A DNA stretch of 61,599 nt, filler included, from Nitrospirae bacterium CG2_30_53_67 (GCA_001873285.1; 6 parts of 6 records of this genome joined end to end with filler, not necessarily neighbours in it); one strand, 5' to 3'. Shown: positions 41,953 through 53,114, counted from the whole stretch's first letter. Notes: a model not told the origin generated them from the sequence alone. Program-made: numbers and translations.

Positions 41953-42767
41953 GGCGTGTTACCCCATCGTTGGTACCAGGCGATCATAGAGGTTCCCCAG
42001 AAGAGGCTCATCAGAGCGCCCAAAGAGAGAAAGGGACCGAATGGAACGGCGTATTGACGGCCTTTCCTGAAAAAAATCATCAGGAAAATTCCTACGATTG
42101 AACCTGCGAGCGAACCCAGCATGATGGTCAAGAGCATCTTCTGCCAGCCCAGAAAGGCGCCGATCATGGCGATCAGTTTGATGTCCCCTCCTCCCATCCC
42201 CTCCTGTCCGAAAATTTTCGGGCTCACCTTGGCGATGATGTAAAATATCCCGAATCCTAACGCTGAGCCGAAAAGCGCATCCGGGAACTTCGGCGGGATG
42301 GAGAGTGTCATGGCGGACAAAGGGGAAAACATGGGGATGATCATACTCCCCAGAAGCCCGACCCCGATCCCCGGCAGGCTGATCAGGTCCGGAATGATCC
42401 TGTGATAAAGATCAATGAAGGTGATGACCACAAGCGCTGAAAAGAAAAGGCCATAAAAGAGGGCCTGCGCAGTGATGCCGTATCGGATATAAATATAAAA
42501 AAAACCGGACGCATTCAATAATTCCACCATCGGATATTGAAAGGAGATCGGGCTTTTGCAATGCCGGCACTTCCCGATCAATATGAACCAACTGATGATG
42601 GGGAGGTTGTCATAAAAACGGATCGGCTCGCCGCATCGGGTACAGTGGGAGGATGGAAAAACCAGGGACTCATTCCTGGGAATCCTGTAGATGCAGACAT
42701 TCAAAAAACTGCCGATCATTGACCCAAAGACAAAGACAGCAGCAGGGATGAATATTTCAGACGCCAT
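41940..42767 (-). CDS. pilD: Type IV prepilin peptidase
   Basis: GSFLNVCIYRIP, CxxC pairs, FIDL...IPD, MGGGDIKL, PFGPFL. Confidence 0.95.
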   Translation of the reverse strand: MASEIFIPAAVFVFGSMIGSFLNVCIYRIPRNESLVFPSSHCTRCGEPIRFYDNLPIISWFILIGKCRHCKSPISFQYPMVELLNASGFFYIYIRYGITAQALFYGLFFSALVVITFIDLYHRIIPDLISLPGIGVGLLGSMIIPMFSPLSAMTLSIPPKFPDALFGSALGFGIFYIIAKVSPKIFGQEGMGGGDIKLIAMIGAFLGWQKMLLTIMLGSLAGSIVGIFLMIFFRKGRQYAVPFGPFLSLGALMSLFWGTSMIAWYQRWGNTPWNP

Positions 42768-42887
42768 GTTTGGCTTTTCCGTTAGAGAGGTATGAAAACA
42801 ATTCCCTATATTGATTATAGCCTTTTCTTATATTTTTTCAAGGAATTTCATAAGGTTAGCAAAGAATGTCTGTGCCGGATCCGAATA

Positions 42888-43283
42888 TCACCTCTTAAGG
42901 CCTTTCCGGGCGATGAATGACCCGCTGGTTTGCGATGGATGGTGTACACCGAGTAAAGAATCTATTGACCGATTTTTAATGGTTTTTGCGGCATCGTGCA
43001 GATGCCTTGCCCTCGCGTAATAGCCCATATTTTCCCAGACCTTGAGAACACTCTGCATGCGGGCTCGGGCCAAGGTCTCAACATTGGGGAATCTCTTCAT
43101 GAACCGGCGGTAGAACGGAACGGCCGTATCAACCCGGGTCTGCTGAAGCATGATCTCCGAGATCCAGATGCTGTAAGGATCGCCGGACTTTCGCCAGGGT
43201 AAATCTCGCCGATTGCGTCCGTACCAGTCGAGAAGCCGCTCGGCCATATCGGGTGCGGGTATTTTTTCCCTTGCTCGGCCCAT
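42888..43283 (-). pseudogene. mutY: A/G-specific adenine glycosylase MutY, N-terminal fragment only
   Basis: LLDWY...RDLPWR..DPYSIWISEIMLQQTRV...WENMGYYARARHLH, then similarity stops; HhH, FeS and NUDIX-like parts absent. Confidence 0.85.
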
Positions 43284-43344
43284 GATGCAGACCTCATCCT
43301 GATAAACATCCATTCGGGGATTATTAATAAGCTGACAAGAAATT

Positions 43345-45204
43345 TCAGAGCAGGACCGCTGAAATCGGGAAGGCGCTGTCCACGCCTTTGAACTTGGCAT
43401 CACCGACATAGTAAAGACTGATCTGTCTCGAAAGGACCGGGTCGAAATAGTAGAGATACCCCACGTCCCCGTCTTCGCCTGACTGCAGGTCCACAATCTG
43501 CGCAATGGCCTGGATCATCTGCCGGCTGAGAACAATCCCGAGATTGTAAAGATTTCCTTCCGCATCCACGGAGACGCCGGAGACGGTCTTTTCCATGGAT
43601 TTCTTGGATTGAAGGGTATTGAAAAAGGTCTCTTTTTCTTCTTGGCTTGTAAGACTCCTGCCCAGAGATTCGACCATGTCGTCAAAATCCTTTTTCTTTC
43701 TCAGGAAACGGTCCATGTCCCCTGCAGAAGAAAGACGGCCCGCGATATTGACATTACGTCCGATCACGGTGTTGTCCACCCGGTCTTCGCCCGCAATAAA
43801 ATCGGCCACGAAGGCCACACCGGTATGGATGGAGATCCCCATCTGAAACTGGGTCTTGCCGCTTTTTCGAAGAGACCGCAGAGTCTCCTGGATCCTGACC
43901 GCCATGCGGAGCGCATTCAACGGGTCTTCCTTACTCCGGGTCTCCACTCCGAAGGTGACCATCATGCCGTCACCGGTGAATTTGTCTATCTTCCCGTGAA
44001 GTTCATTGACGATTGAAGTCAGGGGATCAAAGATGGCATACAGTTCGTTCGTCAGCTCACCGGCGGAGATGGCCTCCTCGGATTTCTTTGTGAAGCCTCT
44101 CAGATCCAGGAAGACGGTCGTCACGTTTCTTGCCTCATTCACGATCCGCCCGTTCACATGATAGCGGTAAAGACTCCCTGCATTGTAGAGATCTTCAGCC
44201 AGCGAAGCCTGCTTTTCCGACAGGATCTCAACGTTTCTCTTCAAGATCTGGACTATTTCATTCCGCTTCAAGGCCTGCATGAAATCCAGATAGGCGCTGT
44301 TGAGTTCCGAATGGGAGAATTCCTCTTTCTTGATGTTCTTGGAAGAGAGGATCTTGCGGCCCACTTCATCATAATCCATCAACAGGTAGCGGACCAGATC
44401 AGCGCTCTTCAATAAGTCTGAAGCGGTTTTTTGCCGAATGGACTCCGGACAGCCCGAGAGCTCCTGGATCTTCTTCAACCACAGGGTTTCATTCCTCTCG
44501 ATTCCGTTTCGTATACGAGAGGAAAGGATCCCGAAAATTTCCTTAAAGCTGTTTAACGTGATTTTGAATCTTGCATTGTCGACCCCCAAGATGTCCTGTA
44601 TGTTGATCTCCTCCTGTTCCGTGGTGACGAGCGGGAGCTGATCTTCAAGGATGGACCGTATCAGGGAGGCATTGAACGCCGGGCCGAACCGGAAGGCAAC
44701 GCTTTTAGGCGCGTGTTCCTCAACCTTTTTGAGCGTCTCTTGATGAATGCCGGAGAGCAGGACGGAAAGCTTAGAATGGAGAAGGTATTTGTGATAGGGT
44801 TTTCTTCCCCCGGAAGAAATGAATTCATGGACGATTCCGGAGAATACCTTCGCGAGAGATAGATAAAAAAGATTATAGAGACCGCTTCTGCGTTCCTGCA
44901 TAACCGCCTGCATCTGTATCTTGATCAACATCTCCTTGAGGCGATCAATGCTTTCAACGGTCTTCAACTCGTCTTCCTGTTCCCCGATGGCAACGGGATA
45001 GACCGCCTGAAGAACCTCACGAAACAGGGCTCCCAGAATCGGCGGGAAATCGACAAAAATCTTCTTCTGTCCGCCCTGGATCTCGTCCCCCTGAGGCAGT
45101 TTGGGAAGCGGGTATCCAAAGAGTTCCCCCGCCTCTCTTTCCAGGTCAACGATGTATTTAAACGATGCCGTCTCTCCCGGCTTCATTCGAAGGAGATTTT
45201 TCAT
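43345..45204 (-). CDS. Class III nucleotidyl (adenylate-type) cyclase with uncharacterised N-terminal region
   Basis: VFLDLRGFT, IDKFTGDG, GISIHTG, TVIGRNVNIAGRL motifs; no TM segments evident. Confidence 0.85.
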   Translation of the reverse strand: MKNLLRMKPGETASFKYIVDLEREAGELFGYPLPKLPQGDEIQGGQKKIFVDFPPILGALFREVLQAVYPVAIGEQEDELKTVESIDRLKEMLIKIQMQAVMQERRSGLYNLFYLSLAKVFSGIVHEFISSGGRKPYHKYLLHSKLSVLLSGIHQETLKKVEEHAPKSVAFRFGPAFNASLIRSILEDQLPLVTTEQEEINIQDILGVDNARFKITLNSFKEIFGILSSRIRNGIERNETLWLKKIQELSGCPESIRQKTASDLLKSADLVRYLLMDYDEVGRKILSSKNIKKEEFSHSELNSAYLDFMQALKRNEIVQILKRNVEILSEKQASLAEDLYNAGSLYRYHVNGRIVNEARNVTTVFLDLRGFTKKSEEAISAGELTNELYAIFDPLTSIVNELHGKIDKFTGDGMMVTFGVETRSKEDPLNALRMAVRIQETLRSLRKSGKTQFQMGISIHTGVAFVADFIAGEDRVDNTVIGRNVNIAGRLSSAGDMDRFLRKKKDFDDMVESLGRSLTSQEEKETFFNTLQSKKSMEKTVSGVSVDAEGNLYNLGIVLSRQMIQAIAQIVDLQSGEDGDVGYLYYFDPVLSRQISLYYVGDAKFKGVDSAFPISAVLL

Positions 45205-45227
45205 ATTCTGACCTTTACCCTGCTATC

Positions 45228-45905
45228 CTATGGTTCCATGTACAACTTCCTGATCTTCTTCATGTCTTCCCAGACTAAACGCTTCTCGGATGGATACCGC
45301 AAGAGGTAGGCCGGATGATACGTGGGCATGACCTTAATCCCATCCATGTCATGGAATCTCCCCCTTAATCTGGAAATCGAATCCCTGGTTTTCAACAGGG
45401 TTTTTGAGGCCGGAGCGCCGAGGGCGCATAGGATCGAAGGGCGGATTGCCCGGATCTGCTGCCTTAAAAACGGGACACAAGCGGCGATTTCATCCTCTTC
45501 AGGTTCCCGATTCTCAGGGGGTCTGCATTTCACGACGTTGGTGATATAGACATCATCCCTGGTCAGATCTATGGACGCGATGATTTTGGTCAGAAGCCGG
45601 CCGGCCTTTCCCACAAACGCCAGCCCCTCCCTGTCTTCGTCCTCGCCGGGCCCTTCCCCTACGAACATCAGGCGGGCGTGAGGGTCCCCCTGTCCGAAGA
45701 CGATCTTCTTCCTCCCTTGATGGAGGCGGCACCGTGTGCATTCACCGAGGATCTCCCTGACATGCTCCAACGACAGGTCTTCTTCAAGGCTGAGACCCGG
45801 GTTCACTCCCCCGGAGGCCGAGATCCATGATGGGATCTCCGGCATCTGTCCGATGAGATGCCGTTTCAGGCCTGATAGAATCTGAAGGAGCTTATTCGGA
45901 TCCAT
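45228..45905 (-). CDS. Uracil-DNA glycosylase family 4
   Basis: [33 protein letters not shown]. Confidence 0.95.
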   Translation of the reverse strand: MDPNKLLQILSGLKRHLIGQMPEIPSWISASGGVNPGLSLEEDLSLEHVREILGECTRCRLHQGRKKIVFGQGDPHARLMFVGEGPGEDEDREGLAFVGKAGRLLTKIIASIDLTRDDVYITNVVKCRPPENREPEEDEIAACVPFLRQQIRAIRPSILCALGAPASKTLLKTRDSISRLRGRFHDMDGIKVMPTYHPAYLLRYPSEKRLVWEDMKKIRKLYMEP

Positions 45906-47811
45906 GCATCCTGCTTACGGAAACCTTCAAGGGTTTGGGACAAAGAAAATTTTCAATGCGCCGGGCAATTCCATCCGGATCCAGACCGTATTTCCTCCGA
46001 AGAACCTCCTGTGATCCCTGTTCGATAAAATGGTCCGGCAGGCCGATCCGAAGAAGCTTTACATCATGGATCTTCTCCTGCTCCAGGGCCTCCAGCACGG
46101 CGCTCCCGAAACCGCCCATGAGCGCGTTCTCCTCCACCGTGACGAGATGGTTTGTCTCGGAGAGAACCTCACGGATCATGCTTAGATCCAGAGGTTTTAC
46201 AAACCTCGCATTCACCACGGTGGCGTGGATCCCTTTTTTCTTCAAGATCCGTGCGGCCTGCAGGGAGGGATAGACCATATGTCCGATGGCCAGGATGGCC
46301 GCATCCTCTCCCAGGGTCAGACGTTCGGCCTCTCCGATGGCCAGCAGACTGGGATAAGGTTCAAGCTCCACCCCGGTTCCAACTCCTCTCGGATACCGGA
46401 TGGCCGCAGGATGATTGCAGACGAGCGCGGTCTTCAGCATGTTCTGGAGTTCGTTTTCGTCTTTTGGAGACATCAGGATGATATTGGGGATATGGCGTAA
46501 ATAGGAGAGATCAAAGTTTCCATGATGGGTCGGACCGTCATCTCCGACCAGTCCCGCCCGGTCCACGGCAAAGACCACCGGGAGATCCGGCAGGCAAACG
46601 TCATGGAGGATCTGGTCGTAGGCCCTCTGCAAAAATGTGGAATAGATCGCAGCCACGGGTTTGAACCCCTCTGCAGCCAGTCCTGCCGAGAAGGTGATCC
46701 CGTGCTGTTCGGCGATCCCGACATCGAAAAATCGGTCCGGAAATTTCTGCGCAAAATAGTGGAGGCCTGTGCCTCCCGGCATGGCCGCGGACACGGCCAC
46801 AATGCTTTCATCCTCGAATGCAAGCCGGGTCAGGAGCTTCCCGAAGACCTCGGTATAGGTCGGAACGTCCTTGCCGTTGCCCAGGATCTTCCCGGTCTTT
46901 CTTTCAAAGGGCCCGACCCCATGGAAGACCGATGGATTCTTTTCGGCAGGCTCGTAGCCTTTCCCTTTCTGAGTGGTCACATGAACCAGCACGGGCCTTT
47001 TCAGTTTTTTCACATTCTCGAAGGTCTGAATCAACCGGTCAAAGCGGTGTCCCTGAATAGGCCCCACATATTCAAACCCCAGTTCCTCGAAGACCATGCC
47101 GGGAACGATCAAACCTTTCAGTGAATCCTCCAGCCGCTTGGCCGCCTTCAGCATGGACCCGCCGATTCCGGGAATATTCTTCAAAACATTCTCAACGATC
47201 TTCTGGATGGAGACGTAAAAATCACCGGTCATGTGCCTGGAAAGATAGGATGAAAGCGCGCCGACATTCGGGGATATGGACATCTCGTTGTCATTCAGCA
47301 CGATGATCAGATCTTTTTCCGAGGCGCCCCCCTGGTTCAGCCCCTCGAAGGCCAGACCTGCGGTCATGGATCCGTCTCCGATCACGGCAATGACCTTATG
47401 GTCTTCGCCACGAAGGTCCCTGGCCTCGACCATTCCGAGCGCTGCGGAGATGGACGTGCTGCTGTGTCCCACGGTAAAGACATCATAACGGCTCTCTTCC
47501 CTTCTGGGGAAACCGCTGATACCGCCGTACTGACGGAGACTTCTAAAGGCCTTCCGCCTCCCGGTCAGGAGCTTATGAGCATACGCCTGATGTCCCACAT
47601 CCCAGACAATGCGGTCCTTGGGAGCATCAAATACATAATGCAGGGCGATCGTCAGTTCCACCACGCCGAGACTCGAAGAGAGATGCCCTCCGTTGGATGA
47701 AACCGTGCTGATGATCATGTCCCGGATTTCTTCCGCGAGCAGCGGGAGTTCGGCCATCTTCAACTTCTTCAGATCTGCGGGGCTGTCGATCCGGTTCAGA
47801 TATTTATACAT
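45892..47811 (-). CDS. dxs: 1-deoxy-D-xylulose-5-phosphate synthase
   Basis: [47 protein letters not shown]. Confidence 0.98.
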   Translation of the reverse strand: MYKYLNRIDSPADLKKLKMAELPLLAEEIRDMIISTVSSNGGHLSSSLGVVELTIALHYVFDAPKDRIVWDVGHQAYAHKLLTGRRKAFRSLRQYGGISGFPRREESRYDVFTVGHSSTSISAALGMVEARDLRGEDHKVIAVIGDGSMTAGLAFEGLNQGGASEKDLIIVLNDNEMSISPNVGALSSYLSRHMTGDFYVSIQKIVENVLKNIPGIGGSMLKAAKRLEDSLKGLIVPGMVFEELGFEYVGPIQGHRFDRLIQTFENVKKLKRPVLVHVTTQKGKGYEPAEKNPSVFHGVGPFERKTGKILGNGKDVPTYTEVFGKLLTRLAFEDESIVAVSAAMPGGTGLHYFAQKFPDRFFDVGIAEQHGITFSAGLAAEGFKPVAAIYSTFLQRAYDQILHDVCLPDLPVVFAVDRAGLVGDDGPTHHGNFDLSYLRHIPNIILMSPKDENELQNMLKTALVCNHPAAIRYPRGVGTGVELEPYPSLLAIGEAERLTLGEDAAILAIGHMVYPSLQAARILKKKGIHATVVNARFVKPLDLSMIREVLSETNHLVTVEENALMGGFGSAVLEALEQEKIHDVKLLRIGLPDHFIEQGSQEVLRRKYGLDPDGIARRIENFLCPKPLKVSVSRMHGSE

Positions 47812-47812
47812 C

Positions 47813-48288
47813 TTAATTGATCCTTTCCACCATATACCGTGCAATCTCTCGAAGAGGGTCCGCACGATCATCAAACCGGCTTAAAGCATCCAAAGCCGAT
47901 TCCATAAGTTCCCTGGCTCTGTTTTTGGATTCCTGGATTCCATAGGCTGCCGGATAGGTCTTTTCCCCCTTTTTCAGGTCGCTTCCGACCTGTTTCCCCA
48001 ATCTTTTTTCATCCCCCAGAAGATCAAGGAGATCATCCGTGATCTGGAACGCAAGTCCGATCTTCTCACCGTATTCCGTGAGATCCTGCATCTCACGTTT
48101 ATCTGCGCCCCCCACGATCGCCCCCACCCTGACGGCTGTACGGATCAAGGCCCCGGTCTTGTGGGTATGGATATATTCCAGTATGGGCAGATCCACGGTA
48201 TCTTTTCCCTCGGAAAGAATATCCACGGTCTGACCGCCGACCATCCCCATGCACCCGGCCGCGGCTGCAATCTCCCGGACCATTTGCA
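47813..48288 (-). CDS. ispA: Polyprenyl (farnesyl) diphosphate synthase, 3' half (5'-truncated by contig end)
   Basis: [31 protein letters not shown]; upstream of dxs. Confidence 0.92.
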
Positions 48289-48388
48289 NNNNNNNNNNNN
48301 NNNNNNNNNNNNNNNNNNNNNNNNNNNNNNNNTTAATTAATTAANNNNNNNNNNNNNNNNNNNNNNNNNNNNNNNNNNNNNNNNNNNN
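48289..48388. other. Artificial contig-joining spacer
   Basis: 100-nt N-run with TTAATTAATTAA. Confidence 0.97.
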
Positions 48389-48600
48389 TTTCCAGTGATT
48401 TGATCAGTGCCTTGAGCATCCGCTCAACCTCCTCGATATCACTCTTAAGTCTTTTTGTTATTTTGTAAATCTCCAAGCATAATTGATAAGACTGGGGCCA
48501 TTCCTTTAACTCCTTGTAGTGTTTGAGCACTTCACTTGACCCCTGGAATCCTTGACCCCTTGAACCCTTATGTTTTCACCCACTCTTTTGGAGATGATCC
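48389..48600 (-). mobile_element. Octamer-repeat element copy D with internally deleted four-helix-bundle gene
   Basis: GGATCATCTCCAAAAGAGTGGGTGAAAACA + octamers + GTG start: MLKHYKELKEWPQSYQLCLEIYKITKR joined to LKSDIEEVERMLKALIKSLE. Confidence 0.82.
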
Positions 48601-48608
48601 TTATTTAA

Positions 48609-50612
48609 TTATCCCCTGCGCAGGAGTTTCCTGGCCCGGGTCACAATATTCTCCGATGTAAACCCAAGCTTCTCCATAACGACCTTGCCGGGGGCCGAAG
48701 CGCCGAAGCGTTCAATACCGATGACTTCTCCCTGCCTCCCGACATACCGATGCCAACCCATGGGAGAGGCCGCCTCCACGGCAAGCCTCGCCCGCACACC
48801 GGAGGGGAGCACCTCTTCCTTATACGCAGCCGGCTGCTTCTCGAAGAGCTCCCAGCTCGGCATGGAGACCAGCCTTACGGCCAACCCTTCTGCGGTCAGC
48901 TTTTCATAGGACTCAAGGGCGATTGAGACCTCGGAGCCTGTGGCGAGTATCAGCAGGTCGGGTTTTCCTTTCTTTGCGTCGGCCAGCACATAGGCGCCCC
49001 GCGTGAGCCCATCTGCCGGGGCGTAACGGCCGCGGTCCATGACCGGAAGGTTCTGACGTGTGAGGATCAGGGCCACAGGCCCTTGTCTGTGCGAAAGAGC
49101 AACCCTCCAGGCCCAGGCGGTTTCATTGGCGTCCGCAGGCCGGATCACCGTGAGATTGGGGATGGCCCTGAGCGCGGGGAGATGCTCCACAGGCTGATGC
49201 GTGGGACCGTCCTCACCCAGACCGATGGAGTCGTGCGTAAACACATAGATTACACGCTGCCCCATCAGGGCCGCGAGACGTATCGCCCCCCGCATGTAAT
49301 CTGAAAAGACCAGGAAGGTCCCGCCGTAGGGTATCAGCCCGGAGAGGGCCATGCCGTTGAGTATGGCGCCCATGGCATGTTCCCGGACACCAAAGTGAAG
49401 ATTCCTCTCACGGGATTCCCTGCCGTAATTCCCGAAACCTTTCAGATGGGTGTTGTTGGATGGCGAGAGGTCCGCGGACCCTCCGATAAGCATGGGGAGC
49501 ATCGCGGCCACGGCGTTCAGCACCTTGCCCGATGCGCTGCGGGTGGCCATGGGCCCGTCCTTGGGTTCAAAGACCGGGACGGCCTCTTCCCACGAAGGCG
49601 GGAGCTCTCCCTTCTGCAGGCGCTCCCATTCCTCAGATAGTTCAGGATACTTTCCGGCATAAGACGCATGGATTTCCGCCCATTGATTTTCCGCCTTTTT
49701 CCCTTTGGCAAGGGCCTCTCTGAAAAGATCGAGCGCCTTCTCAGGGACATAAAAAGCCGGTTCCAGCGGCCAGCCGAGTTTCTCCTTGGTCAGCTTGACC
49801 TCGAGAGCCCCCAGTGGAGAGCCGTGGGCATCGGCCGTGTCCTGTTTATTCGGACTCCCGAACCCGATATGCGTGCGGGAGATGATGAGCGAAGGCCGAC
49901 CTGTCTCCTGCTGTGCTGATCGGATGGCGCTCCCGATCTGCTCCAGATCGTTCCCGTCCACGTGCTGGACATGCCAGTGGTAGGCCTCAAACCGCTTCCC
50001 CACGTCCTCAGTGAAGGCGAGATCCGTGGACCCTTCAATGGAGATCTTGTTGTCCGAATAGAGATAGATGATCTTACCCAGGCCCAGGTGCCCTGCCAGA
50101 GACGCCGCCTCCGAGGAGATCCCTTCCATCATATCCCCGTCGCTCACGATGGCATAGATATAATAGTCGACCAGATTGAAACCCGGTCGGTTGAAATACT
50201 GCGCCAGGTAGGCCTCGGCCATGGCCATGCCCACGCCGGTTCCGAACCCCTGCCCGAGCGGGCCCGTGGTGGTCTCGATCCCATGATCAGGGCTGTATTC
50301 CGGATGGCCGGCCGTGGGGCTCTCCCACTGTCTGAACTGTTTGAGATCCTCGATGGAGAGGGGATATCCGGTAAGAAAGAGCAGGGAATAAAGGAGCATG
50401 GATCCGTGCCCGGCGGAGAGGACGAAGCGGTCCCGGTTGCCCCATCGGGGATTTTTCGGGTTGTGCTTCAGGAACCGCGTCCAGAGCACATAGGCCATGG
50501 GCGCATCCCCCATGGGCATGCCCGGATGTCCTGACTTGGCCTTTTCCACGCCGTCCACGGCCAGCATGCGGATGGTGTTGATACACAATGGGTCCAGATT
50601 CTCCTTTTCCAT
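48609..50612 (-). CDS. tkt: Transketolase
   Basis: [52 protein letters not shown]. Confidence 0.98.
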   Translation of the reverse strand: MEKENLDPLCINTIRMLAVDGVEKAKSGHPGMPMGDAPMAYVLWTRFLKHNPKNPRWGNRDRFVLSAGHGSMLLYSLLFLTGYPLSIEDLKQFRQWESPTAGHPEYSPDHGIETTTGPLGQGFGTGVGMAMAEAYLAQYFNRPGFNLVDYYIYAIVSDGDMMEGISSEAASLAGHLGLGKIIYLYSDNKISIEGSTDLAFTEDVGKRFEAYHWHVQHVDGNDLEQIGSAIRSAQQETGRPSLIISRTHIGFGSPNKQDTADAHGSPLGALEVKLTKEKLGWPLEPAFYVPEKALDLFREALAKGKKAENQWAEIHASYAGKYPELSEEWERLQKGELPPSWEEAVPVFEPKDGPMATRSASGKVLNAVAAMLPMLIGGSADLSPSNNTHLKGFGNYGRESRERNLHFGVREHAMGAILNGMALSGLIPYGGTFLVFSDYMRGAIRLAALMGQRVIYVFTHDSIGLGEDGPTHQPVEHLPALRAIPNLTVIRPADANETAWAWRVALSHRQGPVALILTRQNLPVMDRGRYAPADGLTRGAYVLADAKKGKPDLLILATGSEVSIALESYEKLTAEGLAVRLVSMPSWELFEKQPAAYKEEVLPSGVRARLAVEAASPMGWHRYVGRQGEVIGIERFGASAPGKVVMEKLGFTSENIVTRARKLLRRG

Positions 50613-50699
50613 CTCTTCGTCTTCCTCCTCTTCTCAAGTCTATTTTGGTCGCTCCGGCCTTTCGGCGGATAAAAAAACTATAGCCTACCTCTTATGAAT

Positions 50700-51175
50700 T
50701 TACAAGCGAATATCCTGCGAGTCATGCTGCATGGCATAACCGCAGCAATGTTTTGCATTCCAGGTCAGCATTTTATGATTAGGCCCGGCGCCGTTTGGAT
50801 ACACATGTTGATCATCATCCGACCACCTGGCGAAAGCGTTTTGAGTAACCTGAACCCAAAGCATCAAACCGGTGACGAACATGATGCCTATGGTTGCTTT
50901 GCTTTGGCTTCTTGTTTCCAGGTTTTCCATACCGGGCAACGATCCTCGATACCCTGTTCCTGATGGCGTTTCAGCCATTTCCAAAGCCAAAACCGACTTC
51001 GCTGCACCCGTTTAAGAATTTCATTGAAGCCAATCCCTTGATTGTAGATCTCAATCGCTTTGCAGCGTTTCTCAATTTCATTATTATTCTTCATCGCCTT
51101 TTACTCCTTCCAAATGAATTTGGAAGGATTGTAGGCGATATGAAATTAAGTTATCGATGTTATGATATAAACCCA
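50700..51175 (-). pseudogene. Degraded IS transposase remnant (N-terminal HTH)
   Basis: 50888-51094 encodes EIEKRCKAIEIYNQGIG...RSRFWLWKWLKRHQEQG, typical transposase HTH; lower GC; no intact DDE domain. Confidence 0.55.
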
Positions 51176-51769
51176 CTAACCAAGACAGGCATTCACGAAA
51201 TCCCAATTGATGAGCTTGTCTAAGAAGGCGCTCAGATAATCGGGCCTCCGGTTCTGGTAGTCCAGGTAATAGGCATGTTCCCAGACATCCGCTGTCAGAA
51301 GGGGTTTGATGCCCTGGGCGATCGGGGTGTCGGCATTGGCTGTCTTCATGACCTGTAACTTATTCTCTTTGAGAACCAGCCAGGCCCAGCCGCTTCCGAA
51401 CTGCGTAGCGCCCGCGCTCTTGAATTCCTCGACGAATTTTTCATAGCTCCCGAAAGCGGCGTCAATCTTCTTGGCAATGGAACCGGTGGGTTTACCGCCG
51501 CCTCCAGGCTTCATACACTTCCAGTAAAATGAATGGTTCCAGACCTGGGCCGCGTTATTGAAGATACCGGTCTTGGATGCGTCTCCTGCGGTCTTCTTGA
51601 CGATGGTTTCAAGATCCTTGTTCTCAAGATCCGTACCCTGAATCAGTTTGTTGGTGTTGACCACGTAGGCATTGTGGTGTTTCCCATAATGGAACTCCAG
51701 GGTTTTCGCGCTGATGTAAGGTTCAAGGGCATTTTTATCATAAGGCAGACCGGGTAATGTGATAGGCAT
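51176..51769 (-). CDS. sodB: Fe/Mn superoxide dismutase (Fe-type signature)
   Basis: HYGKHH, FNNAAQVWNHSFYW, FGSGWAWL, DVWEHAYY; AAGGAG RBS. Confidence 0.95.
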   Translation of the reverse strand: MPITLPGLPYDKNALEPYISAKTLEFHYGKHHNAYVVNTNKLIQGTDLENKDLETIVKKTAGDASKTGIFNNAAQVWNHSFYWKCMKPGGGGKPTGSIAKKIDAAFGSYEKFVEEFKSAGATQFGSGWAWLVLKENKLQVMKTANADTPIAQGIKPLLTADVWEHAYYLDYQNRRPDYLSAFLDKLINWDFVNACLG

Positions 51770-51946
51770 ATCTTCTCCTTTTCTCTGGATTATTATTTTA
51801 AATAGGCTATACTTGTTTTTAAAAATACCAGCAGGATTGAAAGGTGTCAAGCCGACCTAAGCGGAATTTATAGATTTTCTGTGCGGCGCGGCCGGCGTCT
51901 CTGCGCCCGGTATGGCGCTTCAACAAAGGAACAGGTTCTAAAGGTC

Positions 51947-52369
51947 ATGGCTAAAACAGCGGTCAGGCCGGAAAAGCAGGATGCCCTGAAGCAGCGGATG
52001 GAGCAATTGGGCATTTTTGAAAAAGACATTCTGGAAAAATTCGTCCGCTCTCAGGGAAAGGGCGGGCAGAATGTCAATAAGACATCCACGTGCGTCTATC
52101 TGAAGCATCTCCCCACAGGGATTGAGGTCAAATGCCAGAAGGAGAGGTCACAGTCCATGAACCGGTTTTTTGCGCGCCGTGTTCTAACGGACAAGTTTGA
52201 AGAGAGGATCCTGAAGAAGAAAAGCGAGCGGGTACAGGAGATCGAGAAGATCCGCCGGCAGAAAAGGAAGAGGTCCAAGAGGGCAAAAGAGAAGGTCCTG
52301 GAGCAAAAGAAGATTCAAGCCGATAAAAAGAGGCAGAGAAAGGCCGTTCAAGGATCTCGAACAGAATAA
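51947..52369 (+). CDS. Small GGQ peptidyl-tRNA hydrolase / release-factor-like ribosome rescue protein
   Basis: [35 protein letters not shown]; long basic C-terminal helix. Confidence 0.9.
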   Translation: MAKTAVRPEKQDALKQRMEQLGIFEKDILEKFVRSQGKGGQNVNKTSTCVYLKHLPTGIEVKCQKERSQSMNRFFARRVLTDKFEERILKKKSERVQEIEKIRRQKRKRSKRAKEKVLEQKKIQADKKRQRKAVQGSRTE

Positions 52370-52428
52370 AAAATTGCGCATCATTTGACAGATAGTCGTT
52401 CTTGTTTTATATTTACGTTTAAAAATGC

Positions 52429-52673
52429 GGATCATCTCCAAAAGAGTGGGTGAAAACATAAGGGTTCAAGGGGTCAAGGATTCCAGGGGTCAAGTGAAGT
52501 GCTAAAAACATAAGGGACCGAGGGTCATAGGGGTCAAGGGTTACGCTTAGCGTGTCCCGCTTTTCTATATCTTTGTCGTTAGATCCCGGCATCTCCTTGA
52601 ATCTATTCTTGCCGGGCCGGGACCGTCTGCGACGGCTACTACATTAAGGCATCTTGGGGTCCAGTGTTTTTCT
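52429..52673 (+). mobile_element. Octamer-repeat element copy E (runs to contig end)
   Basis: First ~75 nt essentially identical to the reverse complement of 48526-48600; shares GGGTTACGCTT.GCGTG.CCGCTTTTCT with copy A. Confidence 0.82.
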
Positions 52674-52773
52674 NNNNNNNNNNNNNNNNNNNNNNNNNNN
52701 NNNNNNNNNNNNNNNNNTTAATTAATTAANNNNNNNNNNNNNNNNNNNNNNNNNNNNNNNNNNNNNNNNNNNN
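52674..52773. other. Artificial contig-joining spacer
   Basis: 100-nt N-run with TTAATTAATTAA. Confidence 0.97.
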
Positions 52774-52774
52774 T

Positions 52775-52984
52775 TCAAACTGGTCTGCCTATCTTAGAGA
52801 AAAGGAAGATCAACATCTGATTGATGCGATTCATCTGAATACGAGAACGGGTCGGCCCTGCGGAGACAACCGGTTGATATTGCGACTTGACCTGTCTGCG
52901 TGCGGACACGCACAGGCAGGAAAGATGCTTGGCAGAAGGTTGCAGGCAATGCCGAGGGGGAGACCTCGGAAGAGAAAGCAATAA
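52775..52984 (+). CDS. C-terminal end of a probable REP-associated tyrosine (Y1/RAYT) transposase, 5'-truncated by contig end
   Basis: Manual translation: NWSAYLREKEDQHLIDAIHLNTRTGRPCGDNRLILRL[DLSACGHAQAG]KMLGRRLQAMPRGRPRKRKQ*; followed by ATGGGCGCTGTCCCTATT. Confidence 0.62.
   Translation, partial: SNWSAYLREKEDQHLIDAIHLNTRTGRPCGDNRLILRLDLSACGHAQAGKMLGRRLQAMPRGRPRKRKQ
52891..52920. repeat. 30-bp CCTGTCTG...CAGGCAGG palindrome
   Basis: CCTGTCTGCGTGCGGACACGCACAGGCAGG; related copy at 6591-6620. Confidence 0.8.
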
Positions 52985-53013
52985 ATGGGCGCTGTCCCTA
53001 TTTTCCTAAAAAA

Positions 53014-53070
53014 GGTTCACGATGTTATGATATTCCTGAGCATTAAGAATCGGTTCACGATGTTATGATA
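53014..53070 (+). repeat. 19-bp direct repeat pair
   Basis: GGTTCACGATGTTATGATA at 53014 and 53052; 13-bp core also at 51155-51167. Confidence 0.7.
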
Positions 53071-53114
53071 GCAATTACTTAGATACTAAAGACGATATGT
53101 TTTTGCTATGTTTT

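Noticed and set aside
43345..45204. Pycsar-type antiphage cyclase
   Set aside because: Adenine-type specificity residues, housekeeping context and no adjacent TIR or membrane effector with a cNMP-binding domain
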